A DNA stretch of 64,000 bases. Origin: an uncultured delta proteobacterium. GTDB lineage: Bacteria; Desulfobacterota; Desulfobacteria; Desulfobacterales; JAFDCJ01. The stretch lies in NCBI GenBank assembly GCA_963769935.1, contig CAVYNY010000028.1, positions 1 through 64,000 of the forward strand. The letters are read 5' to 3'. This document shows, in pieces, positions 9,225-18,315 of this stretch (position 1 is its first letter; each line of letters begins with the position of its first letter). Both the position numbers and the translations under genes were made by a program. Under the pieces are notes generated by a model. It saw only the letters and a program-made list of their open reading frames with translations. It was not told the DNA's origin and did no database searches.

Positions 9225-9815
9225 TCAATCTGACGGCAGTCCGGGGTTCTTTAACAGGGGAGGCACGATATCCAGGTTTTGCAATTTGTCTATGAGTAAA
9301 TTCAAATCGTCAATAAAAGACAGACAATCGGCATATTTTTGAATACGATCCGATGATTTGGCGGCCAGCCTCTCAGCCGCCTGCCGGTGGTTGAATTTCA
9401 GGTGGATATAAACCCCTGCAGCCTGGATTAAGCCTTTCAATGCCTGGCGCTCAGCGCCGGATGTCTGCTGCCATAGGTGTTCCAGATGGTCATGGACTTC
9501 AAAGAAAAGCCCGTGATTCCAGATGACCAGCATCTGGATTTTAGCATCCTTGATTCCTTGGGCACTAATTTTTTCAAAAACCTGAGCATAGCGTTCCAAA
9601 CGGTCTTTAATATAGCCAGCATATACATCGTCAAGATTTCCTGCAAGCCATTTCTGGGCGATGTTCTGATATTCGGATTTGTCCAACGCCAGCAATGCAT
9701 CCACAAATGCTTCCGAAAGCGTATTGCGGATGTCCCGGGCTAATCTATTGTTAAATGGATCGAAGACAGCCATGGAAGATTGGTGCTTGTGGGTCGAGGC
9801 AGGCTTCTTTTTCAT
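9225..9815 (-). CDS. DUF309 domain protein
   Basis: WNHGLFFEVHDHLEHLW...LKGLIQAAGVYIH. Confidence 0.8.
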   Translation of the reverse strand: MKKKPASTHKHQSSMAVFDPFNNRLARDIRNTLSEAFVDALLALDKSEYQNIAQKWLAGNLDDVYAGYIKDRLERYAQVFEKISAQGIKDAKIQMLVIWNHGLFFEVHDHLEHLWQQTSGAERQALKGLIQAAGVYIHLKFNHRQAAERLAAKSSDRIQKYADCLSFIDDLNLLIDKLQNLDIVPPLLKNPGLPSD

Positions 9816-9908
9816 ACATGCGCATTAAGCTGACGATTGCGGACCAGGCACACAGATTAAAAACCATATATCCGCCTTTTAGGGGATACAAACCATTCTG
9901 ATCCGGAA

Positions 9909-10403
9909 TTATTGCCATTCTTGTAAAATTTGATTTACCTGTTTGCCGTCGGCGGCTTTCCCGAAATGTTTCATAATTGTCCCCATCGCCTGCATTTTAT
10001 TTTTGAATTGAGAAAAATCGATATTGGCTTTAATCCAGGACTCAATTTCTTCCCGCGTCACCGCCTTGGGCAGGTAGGATTGCAGAATTTCCAGGTATTC
10101 GGATGTCGCCTGCTTTTTCGCCTCCAGGACGATTTGCTCCGATTTCACCAGCCCGTTGATGATGCCGAGGATATCATCGTCGGTAATTTCTTCCGGCTTT
10201 TTCAGGCGGAAGGATTTTTTGCCGCTTTCCAGGGTCAGGGGAACCGTCAGCTTGGGAAACTCGGACATGATCTGACGCATCGTGTTTCGAACCTCCGGCT
10301 CGTTTTTCAGCATGGCCTGTTTGAGATCCTGTCGAATCTTTGCCAGCAAAGAGAGCGGCATCTGGGGATTCCAGCCGTATCCCTGCTCAGTTCTTGTTGT
10401 CAT
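9909..10403 (-). CDS. GatB/YqeY domain protein
   Basis: IRQDLKQAM...ILQSYLPK...MGTIMKHF...ADGK; GGAGG RBS. Confidence 0.85.
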   Translation of the reverse strand: MTTRTEQGYGWNPQMPLSLLAKIRQDLKQAMLKNEPEVRNTMRQIMSEFPKLTVPLTLESGKKSFRLKKPEEITDDDILGIINGLVKSEQIVLEAKKQATSEYLEILQSYLPKAVTREEIESWIKANIDFSQFKNKMQAMGTIMKHFGKAADGKQVNQILQEWQ

Positions 10404-10463
10404 ATTAACCTCCTATGTGGTTGCGCAAGCTGACTCAATCTGAGGCCGCCATTTTGCGGAATC

Positions 10464-10928
10464 TTAAATGAACTTCGGCGGTAGGGGCGGATCCATCGCG
10501 AGCCCTTTGCCGGGCAGCAGCATCAGGGTCGATGTCCCATGGGCCAGAATTTTGCCGTTTTCATCGGCGACTTGGGCTTCGGCATACCCGAGCGTTTTGC
10601 CGAGTTTTATTTGGCGGCCCCGGGCAATGAGTTTGCCGGACGCTGCCGGCGCCAGATAGTTTAACTTCAGATCGACAGTGGTGGCGCCCGCATTCGGATC
10701 GTCGATGTCATAGAATATGGCCCAAAAAGCCGCCGCATCGACAATGGAAGCAAAAACACCGCCGTGGACCATTCCGAAGGGCTGCAAGTGTTTATGAGCC
10801 AGATCGATTTCCAACACGCTGAAGCCGATGCCGACTTCTTTGATCTGCATCGACAGCAACTCGAAATAGGGACATCGGTTTACCATCTGATTGATGCGTT
10901 CGATGTATACGGGATTGACTTGCTTCAT
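10464..10928 (-). CDS. PaaI-family thioesterase
   Basis: VHGGVFASIVDAA and TVDLKLNYLAP; start set at ATG 10928. Confidence 0.9.
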   Translation of the reverse strand: MKQVNPVYIERINQMVNRCPYFELLSMQIKEVGIGFSVLEIDLAHKHLQPFGMVHGGVFASIVDAAAFWAIFYDIDDPNAGATTVDLKLNYLAPAASGKLIARGRQIKLGKTLGYAEAQVADENGKILAHGTSTLMLLPGKGLAMDPPLPPKFI

Positions 10929-10944
10929 GAATAGCCCCGTCGTC

Positions 10945-11205
10945 TTAAGCAAAAAAATTCGGCGACTGCCAGTGGGTCACCGCGGGTAGAATCAGGTCGG
11001 TGACGTCTCGCAGGATATCTTCGAATGCTTCACTGCTTTGCGGCGGGCGCGCAGGCAGGGCTGCCCGTATCTGCCCCGGTTCAACCCGGGACAACACCGG
11101 CAAGGATTCTATTTGCTCATAGTAGTCGGCAATCCAATCCACCACCGCACGCCCGCAGCGCCTGAAATCATCGGCACTCATATGATAGTTTTTTGTTGCG
11201 GACAT
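10945..11205 (-). pseudogene. N-terminal fragment of an aromatic-L-amino-acid decarboxylase (PLP group II)
   Basis: FRRCGRAVVDWIADY...PVLSRVEPG...VTHWQSPNFFA then stop; 86 aa of a normally much longer enzyme. Confidence 0.85.
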
Positions 11206-11714
11206 GGTTTCCCACTTTCCTCCTGCCGGCGCATTCGCGCGACATGTTCGTATATATAAAAATGGTACGGTTCAAGGCCGTCAAAAAAGCCGGATTCTAT
11301 AATCTCAAAGTCGGCTTCCGAAAATTCGGGGAAATACGTATCGCCACGGATTTCTCTTGGTATCAGCGTTAAATAGATCCGGTCGGCCATAGCGATCGCC
11401 TCGTGGTACAGATGGCCGCCTCCGATGATAAAAGCCTCGCTTTCATGGTCGGAACAGGCTTGAATGGCGCTGTCAAGATCATGCACGACGGTACAGCCCG
11501 GGGCCAGGTAATTGGATTGGCGGGTTACCACGATGTTGGTTCTACCCGGCAGCGGGCGGCCTATCGACTCATAGGTTTTCCGGCCCATAATCATGGTATG
11601 CCCCATGGTAATCTTTTTAAACAATTTTTGTTCACCCGGAATTTTCCAGGGAATACCACCCTTTCTACCGATAACTCGATTGGACGCCATGGCAGCGATT
11701 AGAGAAATGATCAT
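11178..11714 (-). CDS. folA: dihydrofolate reductase
   Basis: IAAMASNRVIG, IPW, MGRKTYESIGRPLPGR, IIGGG, GDTYFP. Confidence 0.95.
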   Translation of the reverse strand: MIISLIAAMASNRVIGRKGGIPWKIPGEQKLFKKITMGHTMIMGRKTYESIGRPLPGRTNIVVTRQSNYLAPGCTVVHDLDSAIQACSDHESEAFIIGGGHLYHEAIAMADRIYLTLIPREIRGDTYFPEFSEADFEIIESGFFDGLEPYHFYIYEHVARMRRQEESGKPCPQQKTII

Positions 11715-11726
11715 GTTTGCCTTCCT

Positions 11727-12039
11727 TTACAAATCCAATTCCAGATCGAAATCAAGGGAGTTCGCATACTGCAGAAACAGTTCACGGGCCATTTTTTTCA
11801 CGGTCTCAACCGCGCGGCGGGCGCCGTCCTGCGGAGTATCGCAAGCAATTCCCATGGCGGCGGCAATCCCGGCATATTTATCGATGCAATAAGCCGGTCG
11901 CTTCAATGCCCTTATCGGCCACAACTAAAACCTTCGGCGCTTTGAGTTCGTCGAGAGCAGCTGCCAGTTTTCGGCAGGCACCGATTCCGTACTCGATTTT
12001 CATCGGGAGTTCAAAACAAAAACTATCGGAAAAATTCAT
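11727..12039 (-). pseudogene. internally deleted iron-containing alcohol dehydrogenase
   Basis: Hand translation of 12039-11878 gives MNFSDSFCFELPMKIEYGIGA...KVLVVADKGIEATGLLHR*; a second frame continues KYAGIAAAMG...AVETVKKMAREL, like the Fe-ADH C-terminal region. Confidence 0.7.
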
Positions 12040-12147
12040 CGGGGAGTTCTCCTGACCATCAGACCGGCGGCCTGAAATTATTTGCTAAATCAGACAATAG
12101 CTTATATGCTAAAAATAAAGTTATGGCAAAGGAAATCGAACCGTCGC

Positions 12148-13113
12148 ATGAACAAGGATAGCAGGTTAAACCTGCCGGTTGATATGAAAATTTCAAGGGA
12201 AGCATATGTCCGCAGGGTAACCTGGATCGGTCTTATAATAAATATATTACTCTCAGGCCTTAAGTTTGCTGCCGGCTATTTCGGTCATAGCCAGGCGGTA
12301 ATCGCCGATGCCATCCACAGCCTCACGGACACTACTACCGATCTGGCCGTCATCGCCGGTTCTCACTACTGGTCCCGGCCGCCGGATGATCGTCACCCGT
12401 ACGGACATCGGCGTCTGGAAACCGTCATAACCGTCTTTATCGGGCTGATGCTGGCCGCAGCCGGCATCGGCATCGGGTGGGAGGCCATTTCGACCCTGCA
12501 CCAAAAGCAGGAGTCACCGCCGGGCTGGATAGCTTTGGGTGCCGCCCTGGTCTCGATTCTGGCTAAGGAAGCCCTCTACCGTTGGACGGCGACCGCCGGC
12601 AAGAGAATCAGGAGCCAGGCCATGGCCGCCAATGCCTGGCATCACCGCAGCGATGCGATCAGCTCTGTGCCGGTTCTGGTTACGGTCGGCGCTGCATTTA
12701 TTTTCCCTACCTGGTCTTTCCTGGATCATGTCGGTGCGGTGGTCGTCTCTATTTTTATTTTGCATGCGGCGCTGAAAATTATTTGGCCTGCTATCGGTGA
12801 ACTTGTCGACACCGGAGCACCCGCAGAAATTCAAAAAAAAATTATCGAAATTTCCTGCAGTCACCGGGGAGTGCTGCAAATCCATAAAGTCAGAACCCGC
12901 TATATCAGTTCCAGCATTCAGGTTGATATGCATATCGTCGTAGACGGTTCAATCACCGTTCGTGACGGCCATGCCATCGCCGATGAAGTGGAAAGCCATA
13001 TTATGGCCGAAATTCCGGAAGTCCTGGATGTTGTGATTCATGTCGACCCGCTGGATGCTGCCCGAATAAAGGATGAAGAGACACCGGATGAGGCCGGTGC
13101 CGCCTGTCCCTAA
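12148..13113 (+). CDS. cation diffusion facilitator (FieF-like) transporter
   Basis: ADAIHSLTD, HPYGHRRLE, HHRSD, VDMHI, VVIHVDP; start uncertain (12148 or 12184). Confidence 0.92.
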   Translation: MNKDSRLNLPVDMKISREAYVRRVTWIGLIINILLSGLKFAAGYFGHSQAVIADAIHSLTDTTTDLAVIAGSHYWSRPPDDRHPYGHRRLETVITVFIGLMLAAAGIGIGWEAISTLHQKQESPPGWIALGAALVSILAKEALYRWTATAGKRIRSQAMAANAWHHRSDAISSVPVLVTVGAAFIFPTWSFLDHVGAVVVSIFILHAALKIIWPAIGELVDTGAPAEIQKKIIEISCSHRGVLQIHKVRTRYISSSIQVDMHIVVDGSITVRDGHAIADEVESHIMAEIPEVLDVVIHVDPLDAARIKDEETPDEAGAACP

Positions 13114-13171
13114 GGGAGCTTGAATCGCTTTTCAGTTGCCAATCTACTGGAATAATAATATCATATAAACC

Positions 13172-14398
13172 ATGCCGGTATTTGAATACACAGCTTTGAA
13201 TGCCAAGGGAAAAACCACTTCCGGCATCATCGATGCGGAGGGTTCGGTGGCAGCCCGTCAGAAGCTTCGGGCATCGGGAATTTTTCCGATATCTATCAAA
13301 GAATCGTATGAAGCCGCCCCCAAAAAAGCGTCCAAAAGCTTTAACCTCTCACGCCGGTTCAGCCGGGTAAGACCGATCGAAGTTGCGATGATGACCCGTC
13401 AACTGGCAACACTGCTGGGTGCCGGTTTCCCGCTGGTTTCAGCGCTTGATGCCCTGGCACCCCAGACCAAGTCCCATGCTTTTAAGAAGATCCTGACCCA
13501 GATCAAAGACTCAATTGTGGAAGGCAACAGCTTCGCCCAGGCCCTTTCAAAATATCCGACAACCTTTTCCTCACTCTACGTCAACATGGTACGCGCCGGC
13601 GAAACGTCCGGCACCCTCGAAATCGTGTTGGATCGCCTGGCGGATATCACTGAAAAGCAGCAGGCCCTGATGACCCGGATTCAGACGGCTCTGGCATATC
13701 CGATGTTTATGCTGGTGTTCGGCACGATCGTATTGTTTATACTATTAGTTTACATCGTTCCCACCTTCACTTCAATTTTCGCCGATATGCACCAGACCCT
13801 TCCGACACCGACCCGGCTGCTGATCTTTTTGGGTGATTTTTTCAAATCCTACTGGTGGCTTATTTTCATTATCATCGGCCTGATAGGGTTCCTTTTGAAT
13901 CGAGCCAAAAAAACTGAAAAAGGTCGCTTCGTGTTCGATAAGATAGTGTTGGCGATACCGGTCACCGGCAATGCCGCCAAGAAACTGGCTGTTGCCCGTT
14001 TTGCCCGTACTCTGGGGTCACTGCTGGAAAACGGCGTATCCATGTTGGTAGCCCTTGATATCGTAAAAAATATTGCCGGCAATATCTTGATTTCAGAGGC
14101 CATCGAAACAGCGGCCATCGAGGTCGGCAAAGGCCAGGGACTGGGAGCAGCCATGTCCAGCAGAGACATTTTCCCTCAATTATCCATTCAGATGATCCAG
14201 GTGGGAGAACAAAGCGGTGAACTGGAAAAGATGCTCACCAAGATTGCCGACGTATTTGAAAACGAGGTGGAGACCAGCATCTTACGTCTCACATCATATT
14301 TGGAACCGGTCATGATTCTGGTGATGGGACTATGCGTGCTGTTTATTGTGCTATCGATTACCTTACCGATTTTCGAAATGAACCAGCTGGTTCGCTAA
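13172..14398 (+). CDS. gspF: type II secretion inner-membrane protein F
   Basis: TRQLATLLGAG, RAGETSG, VGEQSGEL, LEP; two T2SSF repeats. Confidence 0.95.
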   Translation: MPVFEYTALNAKGKTTSGIIDAEGSVAARQKLRASGIFPISIKESYEAAPKKASKSFNLSRRFSRVRPIEVAMMTRQLATLLGAGFPLVSALDALAPQTKSHAFKKILTQIKDSIVEGNSFAQALSKYPTTFSSLYVNMVRAGETSGTLEIVLDRLADITEKQQALMTRIQTALAYPMFMLVFGTIVLFILLVYIVPTFTSIFADMHQTLPTPTRLLIFLGDFFKSYWWLIFIIIGLIGFLLNRAKKTEKGRFVFDKIVLAIPVTGNAAKKLAVARFARTLGSLLENGVSMLVALDIVKNIAGNILISEAIETAAIEVGKGQGLGAAMSSRDIFPQLSIQMIQVGEQSGELEKMLTKIADVFENEVETSILRLTSYLEPVMILVMGLCVLFIVLSITLPIFEMNQLVR

Positions 14399-14400
14399 AG

Positions 14401-14590
14401 GAATTGAATATCGGCGATTGAATATTGAATATTTAGGGGATTCAGGCTTTAATAGCACCAGTGCTTGCTGTAAATTTACGGCGTCGCAACAGGGGCCGAT
14501 TTTTCACATTCCTCAAATCAAACTGGATTTTTGGAAATAACATGATAGAATTCCTTAAATACTTAATATTCAATTTTCAATTTTCAATTC
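14401..14590. repeat. ~190-bp element with ~43-bp imperfect terminal inverted repeats built of ATTGAAW units
   Basis: 14401-14443 pairs with 14548-14590; the same arm family recurs at 24375-24578. Confidence 0.7.
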
Positions 14591-14611
14591 ATTGAGGGAG
14601 GGACCGGATTC

Positions 14612-15061
14612 ATGTTGTCAAAATTAAAAATCGACAGCCGGGGTTTTACACTGATTGAATTAATGGTTGTCATTATTATACTGGGCATCCTCGCCATGTG
14701 GGTTGCCCCCAAAATTATGAGTCGGCCGGAGCAGGCCAGACAGGTTAAAGCCCAATTGGATATTCAAAACATTGAAACTGCCTTAAAATTGTATAAACTT
14801 GACAACGGCATGTATCCCAGCACCGAACAGGGTCTGCAGGCACTGGTTGAAAAACCTGAAACGGGGAACGTCCCCAAAAAATGGAAAGAAGGCGGCTATA
14901 TCGAAAAAGGCCGGGTTCCCAAGGACCCCTGGGGCAATGAGTTCGTTTACCTTTCGCCCGGTCTTCAGGGAGATTTTGACATTATTTCCTATGGAGCTGA
15001 CGGCGTGCCCGGTGGTGAGAACGAAAATAAGGATATCAATAACTGGGAAATTGACCAATGA
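14612..15061 (+). CDS. gspG: major pseudopilin
   Basis: [41 protein letters not shown]. Confidence 0.97.
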   Translation: MLSKLKIDSRGFTLIELMVVIIILGILAMWVAPKIMSRPEQARQVKAQLDIQNIETALKLYKLDNGMYPSTEQGLQALVEKPETGNVPKKWKEGGYIEKGRVPKDPWGNEFVYLSPGLQGDFDIISYGADGVPGGENENKDINNWEIDQ

Positions 15062-15305
15062 ATTGTCAGTTGATCGTTGTAAGTTGTAAGCTGGCTGCGA
15101 CGTGAAAATAGGTTCAGCCGAAAAGAGCCCGCCATGATCCGCCAAACAGGGAGATCGATTCTTTTCTGAAACCCAGTTCAGATTTGCCCCGTATGAAAGA
15201 ATTTTCAGTTCGGCACGGTGGCCGTTTTGGCAAGTGTAGAAAAAGTTGCAGGTAAAACGGCCAGCATATCTATCGATCCGCCTGCCCTTTTGGGGTTAAA
15301 CTATC

Positions 15306-15872
15306 ATGATATCTAAGGCAACGACAACGAACCCGGATCCTAACCATAGATCCGCCTCCGGCGGAACAACCCACTCCGGACAAGCCGCCGGCTTCACCCT
15401 GATCGAGCTGATCGTTGTCCTGGCGCTGATGGGCTTGATGCTCTTTTTTTCCCTGCCCCGGCTGCAAAATAATCCTTTCCTCGATGACAGCAAAAAAAGC
15501 TCCCGCTGGCTGATCGGCAAAATTCAATCGCTTAAGGAAAGCGCCATTCGGGATCAAAAAGTCTACATCTTGCATTTTGATCTGGATAGCGGACGGGTCT
15601 GGGAAACCAATGAATCGATGTCCCAGGAGGAAATTGAGAGCGCCGTTTTAAACAGTTATGCATTGCCCGACGATTTGCGAATCATCGATATCGAGTATCC
15701 GACCAAAGGTAAAATTTATTCCGGTCAGGCGGCAATAACCTTTTACAAGCCAGGGTATACCGATAAAGCGCTGGTTCATCTGCAGGAAGGCGATACGTAT
15801 CTGAGCTTTTTGATAGAGCCGTTTCTTCCCAATGTTCAATTTTTTGAAAAATATGCAGGTTTTGATGACTGA
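15306..15872 (+). CDS. gspH: minor pseudopilin H
   Basis: G|FTLIEL prepilin site; operon position. Confidence 0.8.
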   Translation: MISKATTTNPDPNHRSASGGTTHSGQAAGFTLIELIVVLALMGLMLFFSLPRLQNNPFLDDSKKSSRWLIGKIQSLKESAIRDQKVYILHFDLDSGRVWETNESMSQEEIESAVLNSYALPDDLRIIDIEYPTKGKIYSGQAAITFYKPGYTDKALVHLQEGDTYLSFLIEPFLPNVQFFEKYAGFDD

Positions 15873-16284
15873 AACCAGTATCCAGCATTCAGAATCCAGT
15901 ATCCGGAATCTAGCACCTGGTTTCACGCTGCTTGAGGTTCTGATCGCCATGGCCATTATGGCAATCGTCCTGGTCGGCGTGTACAGAATGCAATCCCAAA
16001 CCCTTACCATGACTGCCGCGTCCCGATTTTATACCGAGGCTCCCCTGCTGGCTCAAGACAAACTGTCACAGCTGGAGGCGAATCCGTCGGATTTAATTCC
16101 CGGAGATTCAGGCGACTTCGGTGAACAGTTTCCCGGCTACAGTTGGAAAGTCTCAACTGAGGGGGTGTCCTCGGAAATCTTGGGGGAAGCCGCCGGCGAC
16201 TTGAAAAGAGTCGATTTAACGGTCTCCCTTAACGGAAATGAATATGAATACAGTGTCCGGACATATCTGTTTGTGGGGGAATAG
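15865..16284 (+). CDS. gspI: minor pseudopilin I
   Basis: G|FTLLEVLIA; start set at ATG 15865 overlapping the gspH stop. Confidence 0.85.
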   Translation: MTETSIQHSESSIRNLAPGFTLLEVLIAMAIMAIVLVGVYRMQSQTLTMTAASRFYTEAPLLAQDKLSQLEANPSDLIPGDSGDFGEQFPGYSWKVSTEGVSSEILGEAAGDLKRVDLTVSLNGNEYEYSVRTYLFVGE

Positions 16285-16319
16285 AATTGAATGCGGAATG
16301 AGGAAGGCGGAAAAGGAGA

Positions 16320-16393
16320 AGGTGAGAGGGTGAGAAGAGGGTGAGAAGATCAGAAGATCAGAAGGTGAGAAGTTGGGAAGTTGGGAAGTTGGG
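16320..16393 (+). repeat. degenerate 8-mer tandem repeat (GGGAAGTT/GAGAAGGT)
   Basis: ggtgagaa...gttgggaagttgggaagttggg; related tract at 46012-46054. Confidence 0.75.
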
Positions 16394-16398
16394 AAAAT

Positions 16399-17184
16399 AT
16401 GATTAATCTGCTTAAAATATCGCGTACACGATGTGGGGCATCAAGTGTTAAGTATCCAGGATCCAGGATCCAGCACCCAGCATCCCGCACCCAGCATCCC
16501 GCACCCAGCATCCAGGATCCAGCATCCGGTTTCACTCTGATGGAAATTCTGCTGGCATTTTTGATTCTGGCAATCGTGATAACCGCCATCATGGGCTCCT
16601 TTAATGCGGTGTTTTCAACGACGGACACCCTGAAAAACAGCGGGCAATACTATGAAATGGCAAAAAATTGTCTGAACCGCATGACGGGCGACCTGGATGG
16701 ATTTTTCGTTACCCAGCCCCCGTTATACAAAAAACGAGGATTCGATGATCCGCCCGATCTCTATCGCATTGTGGGCGGCAACTCCGAAGTTAATGGCACA
16801 GGATTTGCAAACCTAAGATTTACAAGTAGTGCCCATATCCCTCTGGATAGCGTAAACAGAGCCGGCATTGCCGAAATTGTATATTATGTCCAGGCCAAAA
16901 ATGACGGTCAGCTGGTGCTGAAACGGGCGGACCATTTATATCCTTATCCGAAATTTGAAGAGAGCAGTGGAGATCCGGTGCTTTGTCAAGATGTCAAATC
17001 CTTGGCATTCAAGTATTACAATGCCGAGGGCGAGGCATCAGAGGTTTGGGATTCCGACTCAGAGGAAAATGGCTATGCAACTCCGACTGCCGTCGGAATT
17101 CAATTGGAAATCGGCACTGAATCCAAATCTTACACGTTTGAAACAACCGTACGATTGGCAGTTTACCGCAAAAAGTTGGAATGA
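16399..17184 (+). CDS. gspJ: minor pseudopilin J
   Basis: G|FTLMEILLA after a repeat-derived leader; operon position. Confidence 0.85.
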   Translation: MINLLKISRTRCGASSVKYPGSRIQHPASRTQHPAPSIQDPASGFTLMEILLAFLILAIVITAIMGSFNAVFSTTDTLKNSGQYYEMAKNCLNRMTGDLDGFFVTQPPLYKKRGFDDPPDLYRIVGGNSEVNGTGFANLRFTSSAHIPLDSVNRAGIAEIVYYVQAKNDGQLVLKRADHLYPYPKFEESSGDPVLCQDVKSLAFKYYNAEGEASEVWDSDSEENGYATPTAVGIQLEIGTESKSYTFETTVRLAVYRKKLE

Positions 17185-17196
17185 TTAGGCCCCGGG

Positions 17197-18270
17197 ATGT
17201 TGCTGAAAATAACTCAAAATAACCGCGGCATTGCGCTGCTGATCACAATCTCGGTGACCACAATTTTGATCGCCGCCGCATTGGAATATAACCGCCGTGC
17301 ACGTTTTGCAGTCGTTTCGGCCGCTGCAGCGCGGGATCGGGTGACGCTTTCGTATATGGCATCATCCGGCGTACATGCGGCCATGGCCTTGCTGGTAAAA
17401 GACAAATCAGAATCCAATATTGATACCTTGCAGGAGGACTGGGCCAATCCGGAGAAAATCGACGAATTGCTTGGGGCGATTCCATTTGACAATGGCAAGC
17501 TTTCAGTTACCATTACGGATGAACTGAGCAAAATTCAGGTCAATGCGCTGGTCAGCTTCCCGGACAGCCGCCAGTTCAACGAGGCCCAAATCATGCTGTG
17601 GGATCGATTCCTGAGGTATATCGGAAGTGAAGACGACCTTAAAGATGACAGCGACCCCGTGGCAATCGTAAACTCGGTAAAAGACTGGCTGGACAGTGGC
17701 GATGATGACGCGACCACCGGGCTGAGCGGGGCCGAAACCAGCTATTATGAGGGTCTGGAGCCGCCGTATAAGAGCCGCAATGGCCCGATTCTGGATCTAA
17801 ACGACCTTTTACTGATCAAAGGCATTACCCCCAAGCTTTTTAATGGCAGCGAGCAGACACCGGGAATGGCAGACTGCATGACCGTTTACGGGATGGATAA
17901 GGGCGCCGGCACCTCTTTTACCTGGCCGGGACGTATTAACATCAACACGGCCGATGTACCGGTAGTAGCCGCTCTGCTGGGACTGGAAAATAAGGAGATG
18001 GCCCAGGCTTTGAGTGAATTGCGCCAGGAAGTGACGGCCGACAAAGATAATCATGACTTTTCAAATCCACAGTGGTATAAAGAGATACCGGGCTTCGGTG
18101 ACGTCACCGTCAATGCGAACCTGATTACGACATCCAGCGATGTGTTTCGCGTGAAATCAGAAGCCGCCATCAATGAAACCAAAACGTCCGTGACCGCTGT
18201 CGTTCAACGAGTTCAAAGTCCCGAATCCCACAAATGGATATGTCAAGTTTTAAGTTGGAGTACGGAGTAA
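17197..18270 (+). CDS. gspK: minor pseudopilin K
   Basis: RG|IALLITI, DELSKIQVNAL, DWLDSGDD, RININTA. Confidence 0.92.
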   Translation: MLLKITQNNRGIALLITISVTTILIAAALEYNRRARFAVVSAAAARDRVTLSYMASSGVHAAMALLVKDKSESNIDTLQEDWANPEKIDELLGAIPFDNGKLSVTITDELSKIQVNALVSFPDSRQFNEAQIMLWDRFLRYIGSEDDLKDDSDPVAIVNSVKDWLDSGDDDATTGLSGAETSYYEGLEPPYKSRNGPILDLNDLLLIKGITPKLFNGSEQTPGMADCMTVYGMDKGAGTSFTWPGRININTADVPVVAALLGLENKEMAQALSELRQEVTADKDNHDFSNPQWYKEIPGFGDVTVNANLITTSSDVFRVKSEAAINETKTSVTAVVQRVQSPESHKWICQVLSWSTE

Positions 18271-18315
18271 CTTATAATTGAAGATTGAAGAAAGTCTCGG
18301 AATTTATATAACTAA

